DNA of 24,000 nucleotides from Methylotuvimicrobium buryatense 5G (GCF_000341735.1 NZ_KB455575.1:453778-477777), one strand, 5' to 3'; shown: positions 9,245 through 17,908, counted from the stretch's first letter. Numbers and translations: made by a program. Notes: generated from the sequence alone by a model not told the origin.

Positions 9245-10216
9245 TTGTTTTCGGTGTTATTAAGACACGTAAAAAACGCGATGGCTTTTGCCGTCGCGTT
9301 TTTTTTATCCCTTCCGCTAGCAGCAGCTCCTCGTGCTTTTATTACGAATCAACTGGGCGATAGCGTTTCGGTGATTGATACCGTATCGAATTCGGTAGTT
9401 GCAACGATTAAGGTACCCGGTAAGCCGGCCGGCGTCGCGGTATCGCCGAATGGCGATCGAGTCTATGTGACGACGCCGGAATCGGGCGAATTAGCGGTTA
9501 TCGACGCTGCAAACAATCGGTTAATCGCTCAGGTACCGGCGAGCGCCGGCGCTTTAGGTATTGCGGTCGATAAAACGGGCACGACAATATTTATTGCCGA
9601 CTGGTATAACAATATCGTTTCGGTCATCGATTCTCAAACTTTGAAGGTCAAGAAGACAATTCCGGTCGGGCGATCGCCCTCGGGGTTGGCCGTGAGTCCC
9701 GATAACCGTTGGCTCTATGTCGCCAATCGACTCGATAATTCGGTGTCGCAAATCGACCTTGAAACCTTGAGGATTCGCAATACCACTAAAGTTGGAGAGC
9801 ACCCGTTCGGTTTGATTGTCGACAGCAAAGGCGAAAGAATCTATGTGGCCAATGTCGAGAGCGATGATATTACGGTGTTGGGACGGGATCATCTTAAGCG
9901 AATTGCGACCGTGAAAGTTAAAATGCTGCCTTATGCGGCGGCTTTGGCGCTCGATGACAGTTTATTGTTTGTAACGAATCAAGACGATGGCACGGTTTCG
10001 GTGATCGATACCGTAACGTTAACCGAGACAGCCGTGATAGAAGTTGGCGACAAGCCGGAAGGCATCGGAACGCTTCCCGGGGGGCGTTTTGTCTATGTTG
10101 CGAATTGGTTCGATGACAATGTGTCGGTCATCGATGCGTTAAATCTTGAAGTGATCGATACGATCGAAACGGGCGGCGGCAGCCGGGCCTTCGGTCAGTT
10201 TATCGTCGGCGATTGA
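9245..10216 (+). CDS. secreted YVTN-family seven-bladed beta-propeller repeat protein
   Basis: About seven 40-residue repeats of the type YV(A/T)Nxxx(D/N)xVSVID...P.G(L/V)AVSPDG, and an N-terminal signal-like segment. The start is uncertain (TTG 9245, GTG 9254 or ATG 9281). It begins 3 nt after the stop of the SRPBCC gene. Confidence 0.8.
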   Translation: MFSVLLRHVKNAMAFAVAFFLSLPLAAAPRAFITNQLGDSVSVIDTVSNSVVATIKVPGKPAGVAVSPNGDRVYVTTPESGELAVIDAANNRLIAQVPASAGALGIAVDKTGTTIFIADWYNNIVSVIDSQTLKVKKTIPVGRSPSGLAVSPDNRWLYVANRLDNSVSQIDLETLRIRNTTKVGEHPFGLIVDSKGERIYVANVESDDITVLGRDHLKRIATVKVKMLPYAAALALDDSLLFVTNQDDGTVSVIDTVTLTETAVIEVGDKPEGIGTLPGGRFVYVANWFDDNVSVIDALNLEVIDTIETGGGSRAFGQFIVGD

Positions 10217-10224
10217 ATCAAATA

Positions 10225-10485
10225 TTACTTTTTCCTCCATTCAAAATCCGCATTCATTCCATGGCTATCAGGCTGCCGCCAAGCCCGATAGATGGCTTGA
10301 TGACAGTCTTCGACAGGCACATCCCGAACCTTCAATAAAGGCGAGCGATTTTTTAGTATGAAAGGAGTAATGCCGAGGGACTTAACCCGCTTTGGGTTAT
10401 GTTTGCCATATCCGGTCATACCCCACAGCATGGTTGCGCTAATTATCCCTTGACTACGCGCTTCTCCTAACAGAGCAAGATACAA
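10225..10485 (-). CDS. hypothetical protein or gene remnant (no recognisable family)
   Basis: Only an ORF. It is bounded upstream by an in-frame stop, with a TTG as the first possible start (first ATG at codon 19). I saw no SD and no recognised motifs. It abuts the MITE. Confidence 0.2.
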   Translation of the reverse strand: MYLALLGEARSQGIISATMLWGMTGYGKHNPKRVKSLGITPFILKNRSPLLKVRDVPVEDCHQAIYRAWRQPDSHGMNADFEWRKK

Positions 10486-10723
10486 GGTTTACCTTGTCAT
10501 TGATCTGCCCCGCCCACATAAATTGTCCTGATTAGCAAGATGCTTCATCTTGCCGAGGCCAAGTGTCCGAGCAGGGGCCAATCGTAGTCGCAAAAACTAA
10601 AATATACTGTTACCCAAGTTCCAGCTCTCATCGTTATACATAAGTCAAAAATTACCCTTTTGCAACCTTAACCAATGAGACCTCGATACCATTTATTGTG
10701 ACTTAACACTTTCGACCTCGAGA

Positions 10724-10792
10724 TCGCGATCAGGGGATCGCTCCCACAGAGCGTCCGCAGCTCTCTCTGTGGGAGCGGCGCCTTCGTCGCGA
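10724..10792. repeat. REP-like hairpin (GTGGGAGCG...TCGCGA type)
   Basis: TCGCGATCAGGGGATCGCTCCCACAGAG and CTCTGTGGGAGCGGCGCCTTCGTCGCGA form about 28-nt inverted arms separated by 13 nt. Confidence 0.5.
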
Positions 10793-10893
10793 CTATCGAA
10801 GCCAGTAACGCTCAAACACCAATAGCCTTTCCGGACAACACAACAATTTAGCGCTCGGTCGCTACTTTTTGCACAATTATACCCATCGTAGAT

Positions 10894-11016
10894 CAAAATT
10901 CGGCACCGGGGTGCACGTCAAAGGACGCCGTGAATACATCCCTGTAGGTTCTAGGCTCTAGCTGGCAAAGCCTTTGCCGAGCATCCCGGCGCCTCCTCAG
11001 GCACTGCCGAAATTTG
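10894..11016. repeat. 123-bp imperfect palindromic element (family R2, second copy)
   Basis: Core AGGACGCCGTGAATACATCCCTGTAGGTTC (10922-10951). The outer arm CAAAATTCGGCACCGGGGTGC pairs with GCATCCCGG...TGCCGAAATTTG. There is an internal GGCAAAGCCTTTGCC hairpin. Confidence 0.55.
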
Positions 11017-11190
11017 AAGTGCGAAAGGTATAGATAATCTATAAAGACGAGAGCTGGAGCTTGGGAAATAGCGTGATGTGGGTTGGCCGTTTTTAGCTTG
11101 ACGCGCATGGCTTACGAACCCCGTCCGGATAGGGATATGCTGATCTTTGGGCCTTAGCTGAAGAAGCTTGCTAATCAGGTGGTTTGTTGA

Positions 11191-12828
11191 TCAATTATGA
11201 GATGAGGCTAGTTCATCTTCCACGACCAAAACGGGTATCGCACTGCTTTCCAGCACGGCTTGAGAAACTGATCCAACCAATACTTCGTCCAGGGGACGAT
11301 GACCGCGTTTGCCGATGACGATCTCCGCCACATCATTATCTTGAGCGGTGCGGATAATTTCTTCAGATACGGAGCCATTGGCAATGACAAATCGATAACG
11401 AATATCTGCCAGGATTCGTCTCGCCTGATGGCTGAGTTGCTCGCTTCCTTCAGGATCATCTATTCGAATGACGTGAAGCACCACCACCTCGGCATCGCTA
11501 CGACGGGCTAACTCCGCCGCTTTTCTCAGCACTTGTGTCGCTAAGGCTGAGGTGTCGACGGCTGCCAGCAATACAATCCGCCGCGACACCGAAACTTTGG
11601 TAGGGTCAACCTCGCCCCGCTCCAAAAGTTTCGGTGCAAATAAAGGAGTAGACCAAGCTCCAAGCGGGGCTGTTACCAAAATCGACAGGGCTGCTAAGGC
11701 AAGAATCGTTTCGCCCCCATCTATGCCTAGAGCCAAGGGAATCGCACCGATCGCTGCCTGTACAGTTGCCTTAGCGGAATTCCCAGGGAGCAGAAATAGC
11801 CGTTCTTTCCACGTCCAGTTGCTGCCTAGAGTTGATAGATACCAGCCGATGGAACGACCGATCAAAAGACCTATTGCTAGTACAGCTAATCCAATTAGAA
11901 AGGTGTTGCCAAGCACATCAAGTTGAATACTAGCTCCCAACAGCACAAAGAGGATGATCTCAGCAACCACCCATAAACTGTCAAAGCCACTGCGTAATCG
12001 ACGCGCTAATGGAGCATCTATCTCGATCATGAAAAAGCCTGTCATCATGACCGCCAGATAACCGGAAAACACGGGGAAATCTTCCGCCATAACGACCAGC
12101 AACAAGGCAAAGCCTGCAGCAACCAACGCATCCTGCACCGCATTTTGCGTCCAGTTTTGGTTGGCTAATAATGAGACCAATAGGTGAGCCGCAAACCATC
12201 CCAGCAAGACCCCTAAACTGATTTGGAGGATGATTTGAAGCGGCAGCAATTGCAATGGGGTCAGAGTTAATCCGCCCGGCAAGGATATTCCCGTCGCGGC
12301 AGTTTGAGACAAAAACGCAACCAGTAAACTAAAGACCAGCAAAAGCAAGACATCGGACAGCGCGCTTCCGGTTAATATGGCATCAGGAATACCTTTCTTA
12401 ACTCCCCATCCTAGACTCTTTAAGCGCAACATCCCAGGCACAATAACGGCGGGAGATTCCGCACCAATAATGCAACCAAGTAGAAGTCCCGTGGCAAAGT
12501 CAAACTCAAGCAGCCACATTGAAGCAAACGCAATGGCGATTGCCTCACAAGCCCCGGGAAAAAAGCCCAATCGCAATGCTACGGTACCTTGCTGAGCTAG
12601 CTTTTCCCGATCAAGCCCTAACCCAGCTTTCATTAAAATTACCATGACGGCGATCACGCGTAGGGAATCTGCAGCTCCTAAAACCTCTGGTGCAATCACA
12701 TTTCCTACATGGGGGCCAAGCACAACGCCGACCAACGCCATACCAACCAGTGCAGGAACTCGAAGTCGTCGGGCAATTTGCCCAACGAAAAATCCCATTA
12801 ACAGAATCCAGATAATGCTCTCTAACAT
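11191..12828 (-). CDS. cation:proton antiporter (Na+/H+ exchanger family) with a C-terminal universal stress protein (USP) domain
   Basis: 545 aa. About 11-12 hydrophobic helices with Na_H_exchanger-like sequence, then a cytoplasmic RIVLLAAVD...VVVLHV...IVIGKRGH...GSVSQAVLESSAIPVLVV USP fold. Confidence 0.85.
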   Translation of the reverse strand: MLESIIWILLMGFFVGQIARRLRVPALVGMALVGVVLGPHVGNVIAPEVLGAADSLRVIAVMVILMKAGLGLDREKLAQQGTVALRLGFFPGACEAIAIAFASMWLLEFDFATGLLLGCIIGAESPAVIVPGMLRLKSLGWGVKKGIPDAILTGSALSDVLLLLVFSLLVAFLSQTAATGISLPGGLTLTPLQLLPLQIILQISLGVLLGWFAAHLLVSLLANQNWTQNAVQDALVAAGFALLLVVMAEDFPVFSGYLAVMMTGFFMIEIDAPLARRLRSGFDSLWVVAEIILFVLLGASIQLDVLGNTFLIGLAVLAIGLLIGRSIGWYLSTLGSNWTWKERLFLLPGNSAKATVQAAIGAIPLALGIDGGETILALAALSILVTAPLGAWSTPLFAPKLLERGEVDPTKVSVSRRIVLLAAVDTSALATQVLRKAAELARRSDAEVVVLHVIRIDDPEGSEQLSHQARRILADIRYRFVIANGSVSEEIIRTAQDNDVAEIVIGKRGHRPLDEVLVGSVSQAVLESSAIPVLVVEDELASSHN

Positions 12829-13107
12829 AACATCACGTTGCAGTTGAGTGGGTTAATCAACGTGACTTGTAGTGTGGCAGACATATTTCAGCCTATGCAT
12901 GTACAGCCCTCACCTCGCGCTACAAGTCGGTAAAGTAGGAGCCATCAGCCAGATACGTTGTGATAATGCTAAAAAACGCTAAGCGGTTTCGGCGAGCTCC
13001 ATCGCCATCATTTCTTTTTCGTACCATCCCTTTGTCAACAGGGGAAGATTCTGACATCTATCAAGATATTCATACATCTACCCTACAAGGCATGGAGAGT
13101 GCTTGTA

Positions 13108-13137
13108 ATTATCCAGGCCGGTCTAGCATATTGTCAA
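13108..13137 (-). promoter_or_regulatory. candidate sigma70 promoter facing the antiporter gene
   Basis: On the minus strand: TTGACA (13137-13132), an 18-nt spacer, then GATAAT (13113-13108). This implies a leader of about 270 nt before ATG 12828. Sequence pattern only. Confidence 0.3.
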
Positions 13138-13166
13138 GAAAGCCAGGGTCAGGACCTGGGGCGCCC

Positions 13167-13248
13167 CAGCAATTCCCAGTTTGAGCAGTTTCGCCGGTTT
13201 TAGGGTGTGGGGTATGCCTGTCGAGGAACGCCGTCAAGCCCCCATGGG
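13167..13248 (+). repeat. solo arm of repeat family R3
   Basis: CAGCAATTCCCAGTTTGAGCAGTTTCGCCGGTTTTAGGGTGTGGGGTATGCCTGTCGAGGAACGCCGT... The first 64 nt match the reverse complement of 21301-21364 with a single mismatch. Confidence 0.65.
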
Positions 13249-13679
13249 TGAGTTCATGGCGATCCTCGCTAGACACATCTCATACCTTTTACTCTTAAAC
13301 GGTTTTTCTATCAAGGGAGTAGGAGGAGAGCCTGAGCGTGTTCCAATAAATTTTCCGGCAACTCAAATACCACATATTGACAGCCGATGCGGGCAAGAAA
13401 AATGACCGAATAAGGAGAACGATCACGATTGCTGCAGGCTTTGATTTATCGTTTGTTGGCTGTTCCTTTTAAGCCCAGCCCGATCAACCAAAGCTCAACA
13501 ATAATCAGTATTGCAATCAACTACAAATTCGCACGTCGGTCGGCGTTTATTCGACTGTCTTGGGTTAAGTCGGCGCCATAATGCGTGCTTTTCGTATCTC
13601 GGAAACTTGCATACGGGAACGATAATAATTCACGACGGCAATTGGCGTATAATCCTTCAGCGAAGGCGATTTTTTACAA

Positions 13680-13722
13680 CCACAGAGAGCATAGTGTTGC
13701 GGATACAATGCTCTGTGGTTTT
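13680..13722 (+). terminator. hairpin plus T-tract (intrinsic-terminator-like) at the convergence with the sufT 3' end
   Basis: CCACAGAGAGCAT - 15-nt loop - ATGCTCTGTGG followed by TTTT. The T-tract is on the + strand only, and the hairpin lies 12 nt from the sufT stop. Confidence 0.35.
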
Positions 13723-13733
13723 GCCAAGCGATT

Positions 13734-14282
13734 TTAAAACAAACCGAGTTGTACTTGGGCGACTTCGGACATCATGTGTCTCGACCAGGGCGGGTCCAGT
13801 ACCACTTCAACATTGACCCGTTCGACGCCGGGCAGGGCACGTATCGCTTTTTCGACATCGCTTTGAATGACGGGGCCCATGCCGCAGCCGGGTGCGGTCA
13901 ACGTCATTTGAATGTCGACTCTGTTTTTGCCTTCCCCGGTCGGTGTGACCGCGCAATTATAAACCAGTCCCAAATCAACGATGTTGACGGGGATTTCCGG
14001 GTCATAGACCGTTTTCATGACCTCCCAGCAGTTTTTCTCGACTGCGTCAGGATCCGTGTCGCGGACTAAGGTGTGGAGCTCGTGAGGCTCTTTGCCCAAG
14101 GCGTCGGCATCGGCACTGTTGATGCGTACCATGTGCCCGTAATCGGTGACAACCGTGTAGTTGTTACCGAGCGATTGGTGTATCGTGACAACGCTACCTT
14201 TGCTTAGGGTCCCGGCATTGCCGTCGGGAATAGTGACGATATTGACATCCCGCGTTAAAACGATGCTTTCTCTTTCAGCCAT
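13734..14282 (-). CDS. sufT: putative Fe-S cluster assembly protein SufT (long form with a C-terminal DUF59/MIP18 domain)
   Basis: 182 aa. DUF59 signature (VYDPEIPVNIVDLGLVY...TLTAPGCGMGPVI...V.VE.V.DPPW) preceded by the N-terminal extension typical of long SufT. Confidence 0.8.
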   Translation of the reverse strand: MAERESIVLTRDVNIVTIPDGNAGTLSKGSVVTIHQSLGNNYTVVTDYGHMVRINSADADALGKEPHELHTLVRDTDPDAVEKNCWEVMKTVYDPEIPVNIVDLGLVYNCAVTPTGEGKNRVDIQMTLTAPGCGMGPVIQSDVEKAIRALPGVERVNVEVVLDPPWSRHMMSEVAQVQLGLF

Positions 14283-15042
14283 GATTATTCGTTGGTTGTT
14301 GCTTAAAGGTTTGCGCGTCGATGATGCGACCGGTTAGACCGATACTGTCGGCGCTGAAAAGATAGGTATAAATCTCATTTAATGAGGACATTGCCGGTAA
14401 TAGGCTTTTATCCTCGGCCGGGTAGGCCCTTTTTCGAAAAGGCGAATCGATAGGGCCCGGTATCAAGGTGTTCACCCTGATTTTTCCCTCCGACTCCAGT
14501 TCCTCCGCCAGTATTTTAGACAAGCCTTCCAGCGCGATTTTCGATACGCCGTAAGACGCCGAATAGGCTTGACCGGTTCTTGCCTTGGAATCCGACGTGA
14601 ACACGATAGAAGCGGAATCGCTTTTTTGCATGATCGGCAGTAGCACTCTGCATAACAGAAAGGGCGCATTCAGATTGACATTCAGCGAATGCCCCCAGTC
14701 CTTGGTTTTATGCAATGCCAAAGGCTCGAATGCGCTGAATTCGACTGCAGAATGCAGCAAACCATCCAGCGAGCCGTATTTTGCTTCAATCCGGTCGGCG
14801 AGTTCCTGGTAATCGTTTTCGTTTGCGCCGGCTAAGTCAAAAGGGTACATGATCGGTTCCGGTGCGCCGGCAGCGACGATCTTGTCGTAAACCGCTTCCA
14901 GTTTAGCGATGATTTTGTCCAGTAAAATGATCTGTGCGCCTTGTTTGGCGAGGGCCAAGGCAGCCGTACTGCCAAGGCCACCGCCCGCGCCGGTGATCAG
15001 AATGACCTTTCCTGTTAATTGCATAATGTTGACTTTATCCAT
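14275..15042 (-). CDS. yciK: YciK-family short-chain dehydrogenase/reductase
   Basis: TGAGGGLG Rossmann motif, YSASYGVSK catalytic YxxxK, and end-to-end resemblance to E. coli YciK. Start at ATG 15042 (alternative 15024). The longer ORF back to 15198 overlaps the upstream gene and was rejected. Confidence 0.8.
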   Translation of the reverse strand: MDKVNIMQLTGKVILITGAGGGLGSTAALALAKQGAQIILLDKIIAKLEAVYDKIVAAGAPEPIMYPFDLAGANENDYQELADRIEAKYGSLDGLLHSAVEFSAFEPLALHKTKDWGHSLNVNLNAPFLLCRVLLPIMQKSDSASIVFTSDSKARTGQAYSASYGVSKIALEGLSKILAEELESEGKIRVNTLIPGPIDSPFRKRAYPAEDKSLLPAMSSLNEIYTYLFSADSIGLTGRIIDAQTFKQQPTNNHG

Positions 15043-15695
15043 GAATCGATTTGGCGGGGATGATCGATCAAGGCATCGGCGCCCCAATTCTCGGGAACAT
15101 CCTCCGGCTTTAAATAGCCGTATAACGCGGCCAAGGTTTTCATGCCGACATTTTTTCCGGCCTCGATATCGTGTCTCGCATCGCCGATATAAACGCATTC
15201 GTGTGGCTTTACTTCGGCCAGTCGGCAGCCTTCCAGCATCGGTTCGGGGTGCGGTTTGCTGTTGCCGGTGCTATCGCCGCTCACGATACAGGCTGCTCGT
15301 TGCGTTAGGTCGAGTGCTTGCATCAGCGGATCGGTGTAGCGTTTAAGCTTATTGGTCACGACCCCCCATTTAAGACCTTGTGATTCGATGGCTTCGAGTA
15401 ATTGCGGCATGCCGTCGAAAAAAACCGTGAATTCGGCGATATTGTCTTGATATCGGTCGAGCATTGTTTTCAGAACCGCCTGCCGAATTTCATCACGGAC
15501 GGTATCGCCAATGCTGGCTTTAACCATCGCTGCGGCGCCATATGAGATATAGGGCTTAACCGATTCGTTAGGGATATTTACAAAGCCGTGTTCAAGCAAG
15601 GCGTGATTCAGGCAGGCAATTAGGTCCGGAGCGGTGTCGACAAGCGTTCCGTCGAGATCGAATAGCACGCAAGAAAGCTTAAAATCGCAGACCAT
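15015..15695 (-). CDS. HAD-superfamily phosphatase (phosphoglycolate phosphatase-like; same position as MupP between ubiG and yciK in Pseudomonas)
   Basis: HAD motif I (VLFDLDGTLVDT), motif II (VVTNK) and motif IV (YIGDARHDIEAG). The synteny ubiG-HAD-yciK is established for Pseudomonas. Confidence 0.8.
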   Translation of the reverse strand: MVCDFKLSCVLFDLDGTLVDTAPDLIACLNHALLEHGFVNIPNESVKPYISYGAAAMVKASIGDTVRDEIRQAVLKTMLDRYQDNIAEFTVFFDGMPQLLEAIESQGLKWGVVTNKLKRYTDPLMQALDLTQRAACIVSGDSTGNSKPHPEPMLEGCRLAEVKPHECVYIGDARHDIEAGKNVGMKTLAALYGYLKPEDVPENWGADALIDHPRQIDSWIKSTLCN

Positions 15696-15697
15696 AG

Positions 15698-16405
15698 TCA
15701 GTCGACTCGTTTGAAAGCGGCAAGATAATTAACGTCGATGTCTTTGCCGAGACTGAAACGCTTGGTTAACGGATTGTATTCGATGCCTGCCATGCTTTGT
15801 AGCTCAAGCCCGGTTTCGCGTGCCCAGCGGCTCAACTCCGAAGGTTTAATAAAGGTTTTGAAATCGTGCGTTCCTTTAGGTAGCATTCTCAATACATACT
15901 CCGCTGCAACGATGGCCAATAAATAGGCTTTCGGCTTACGGTTTAGCGTCGAGAAAAACACCGTGCCGCCGGGCTTAACCAGCTTCGCGCAGGCTCTGAC
16001 GATAGATGCCGGGTCGGGTACGTGTTCGAGCATTTCCATGCAAGTGACATGGTCGAAACCTTCGGGTTGTTCATCGGCCAAGGCTTCGGCGCTAATTTTG
16101 CGGTAATGCGCGTTGATGCCGGATTCCAGTCCGTGTAGATCGGCGATATCGATCAATTCCTCGCTCAAGTCGATGCCGAGCATATCTGCGCCGTTTTTGG
16201 CCAGTCCTTCGGAAAGAATGCCGCCGCCGCAACCGACATCCACGATACGCTTGCCGTCAATTTCCGCATGCTCTTGAATAAAACGGATTCGCAGCGGATT
16301 GATGTCGTGGAGAGTTTTGAACTCGCCGCTAGTATCCCACCAGCGTTCCGCAAGCGAGCCGAATTTATTGATTTCGTGAAGATGTACGTTGTCTGTAACT
16401 GTCAT
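15698..16405 (-). CDS. ubiG: bifunctional 3-demethylubiquinone / 2-polyprenyl-6-hydroxyphenol O-methyltransferase
   Basis: 235 aa. ERWWD...FKTLHDINPLR N-terminus and SAM motif VDVGCGGGILSE. Confidence 0.9.
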   Translation of the reverse strand: MTVTDNVHLHEINKFGSLAERWWDTSGEFKTLHDINPLRIRFIQEHAEIDGKRIVDVGCGGGILSEGLAKNGADMLGIDLSEELIDIADLHGLESGINAHYRKISAEALADEQPEGFDHVTCMEMLEHVPDPASIVRACAKLVKPGGTVFFSTLNRKPKAYLLAIVAAEYVLRMLPKGTHDFKTFIKPSELSRWARETGLELQSMAGIEYNPLTKRFSLGKDIDVNYLAAFKRVD

Positions 16406-16485
16406 GAGAGTGAACCGTTTAGGTTGAATAATTGTATACTATATTACTAGGTTATTGCTAGCGGCGGATTTGAAGTCAGTGTTAA

Positions 16486-17796
16486 TTATTGAGACAAACG
16501 CTGACGCCATGCGTCGATTTTGAGCGTTAAATCGGCAAGGTCAAGTGTTGTGAGGCGTCGTTGTTTCAATAAGCGTTTGCCGGACACCCAAACGTCGGTA
16601 ACATTGTGTCTGCTTGCCGCGTAGACGATTTGCGAGACCGGACAATATATGGGTTGGGTTTCGATGCCGCTCAAATCGATCGCTACGATATCGGCCGCTT
16701 TGCCGATAGCCAACGATCCGATTTCGTTGTCGAGGCCCAAGGCTTTGGCGCCGTTGATTGTCGCCATTTTAAGCGCGGTCATGGCCGGTATCGCTGACGC
16801 ATCGTTTGCGACGGCTTTACCCAGGAGCGCGGCACTCCGCATTTCGCCGAGCATATCCAGGTCGTTATTGCTGGCGGCCCCGTCTGTACCTAGTGCGACA
16901 TTGATTCCAGCATCGAGGCATTTTGCGACCGGACAAAAGCCGCTGGCCAATTTCAAGTTAGATTCCGGGCAATGCACGATATGGGCTCCGGAGCGGGCGA
17001 ACAATTCGATTTCGTCGTCGTGTAATTGAGTCATGTGCACAGCGACGAAAGAGGGGTTGATCAGGCCGAGTTCATTGAGTCTTGCTATCGGGCGCGTACC
17101 GGTCTTTTCGAATGCCTCATCGACTTCATGCCGCGTTTCGTGAACATGCATGTGTACCGGAACATCGAGTTCGTCGGCAAAAGTTCTAACTTTCTGTAAC
17201 GGTTCGTCCGAGACCGTGTAAGGTGCATGCGGCGCAAACGGTGTTATGATCAACGGCTCGTGGCGGAGGCGGTCGTGCAGTTCCAAGCCTTTTTCGATAT
17301 AACGGTCGGCATTCTCGGCCCAGGCGGACGGAAAATCGATCAGAATCATGCCGATCCCTGCGCGTATGCCATGATGTATAGCCTGTTGCGCGGTGATTTC
17401 CGGAAAAAAATACATATCGTTAAAGCAGGTCGTGCCGCCGCGTATCATTTCGGCGATCGCCAGATCTGTGCCGTCCCGGACGAAAGCTTCGCCGACCCAT
17501 TGTTGTTCGAGCGGCCAGATATGATTTTGCAGCCAGTCCATTAAATGTAAATCGTCGGCAATGCCGCGCAATAGCGTCATCGCGGCATGAGTATGGCAGT
17601 TGATTAGGCCGGGAATGAGAGCGTGACGGTCGAGATTCTCCACCGAACCGGCTTGGTATTTTTGCGAGGCTTCCGTTGTCGGCAATAGGTCGACGATACG
17701 ACCTTTGTTGATAATCAACGTATGATGCTCGTAGGTTACGGATTCGGGCTCAACGGGTATAATCCAGCGCGCATTGATAGCAATATCGACTTTCAT
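16486..17796 (-). CDS. mtaD: 5-methylthioadenosine/S-adenosylhomocysteine deaminase (TRZ/ATZ amidohydrolase family)
   Basis: 436 aa. Amidohydrolase metal ligands (NCHTHAAM, HVHE, GTDGAASNN). Located next to ubiG and mtnA as in Pseudomonas. Confidence 0.85.
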   Translation of the reverse strand: MKVDIAINARWIIPVEPESVTYEHHTLIINKGRIVDLLPTTEASQKYQAGSVENLDRHALIPGLINCHTHAAMTLLRGIADDLHLMDWLQNHIWPLEQQWVGEAFVRDGTDLAIAEMIRGGTTCFNDMYFFPEITAQQAIHHGIRAGIGMILIDFPSAWAENADRYIEKGLELHDRLRHEPLIITPFAPHAPYTVSDEPLQKVRTFADELDVPVHMHVHETRHEVDEAFEKTGTRPIARLNELGLINPSFVAVHMTQLHDDEIELFARSGAHIVHCPESNLKLASGFCPVAKCLDAGINVALGTDGAASNNDLDMLGEMRSAALLGKAVANDASAIPAMTALKMATINGAKALGLDNEIGSLAIGKAADIVAIDLSGIETQPIYCPVSQIVYAASRHNVTDVWVSGKRLLKQRRLTTLDLADLTLKIDAWRQRLSQ

Positions 17797-17908
17797 GAAC
17801 GGTTTCCAAATTAAATGAATAGCCTACGAGCAGTGTATGCCGATAGTATGCAACGCAATGGCTATAAAAACCGAATTATAACTTTTTTTCCTACCTATTC
17901 GATAAACA

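Larger units (their letters stand above)
10613..11065. mobile_element. inner TIR-bounded element nested in the R1 MITE
   Basis: CCCAAGTTCCAGCTCTCATCGT (10613-10634) compared with ACGAGAGCTGGAGCTTGGG (11047-11065), giving inverted termini of about 17-19 bp. No ORF with transposase features lies inside. Confidence 0.4.
10527..11179. mobile_element. composite non-autonomous element (MITE family R1) with nested insertions
   Basis: The terminal inverted repeats CCTGATTAGCAAGATGCTTCA...TGAAGAAGCTTGCTAATCAGG and about 62-65 bp at each end are shared with the 229-bp copy at 22444-22672. The interior is replaced or expanded by other repeats. Confidence 0.6.

Noticed and set aside
10693-11108. ORFs 10693-10896 (-) and 10893-11108 (-) inside the composite MITE
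   Set aside because: They are made entirely of REP/R2 repeat sequence, with no start context and no protein-like motifs.
12960-13184. 74-aa ORF in the gene-free gap upstream of the antiporter
   Set aside because: Low-complexity, Ser/Pro/Arg-rich, ends inside the R3 repeat, and has no recognisable domain. Retained only as part of the unexplained gap.
13181-13405. ORF 13181-13405 (+) and ORF 21030-21350 (-), which share the N-terminus MSSFA(G/D)FRVWGMPVEERR and look like paralogous small proteins
   Set aside because: The similarity is confined to the R3 DNA repeat and ends where the repeat ends, so it is a repeat translation artefact rather than a conserved protein family.
13446-13520. 24-codon hydrophobic minus-strand ORF (LIAILIIVELWLIGLGLKGTANKR) resembling a type I toxin or small membrane peptide
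   Set aside because: It has only a TTG start immediately after an in-frame stop, no SD, and no antisense RNA features that I can substantiate. It is too short to distinguish from chance.
15043-15198. N-terminal 52-codon extension of the YciK-like SDR ORF
   Set aside because: Arg/Cys-rich, it overlaps the 3' end of the HAD phosphatase gene in another frame. The SDR Rossmann motif starts right after M53/M59.
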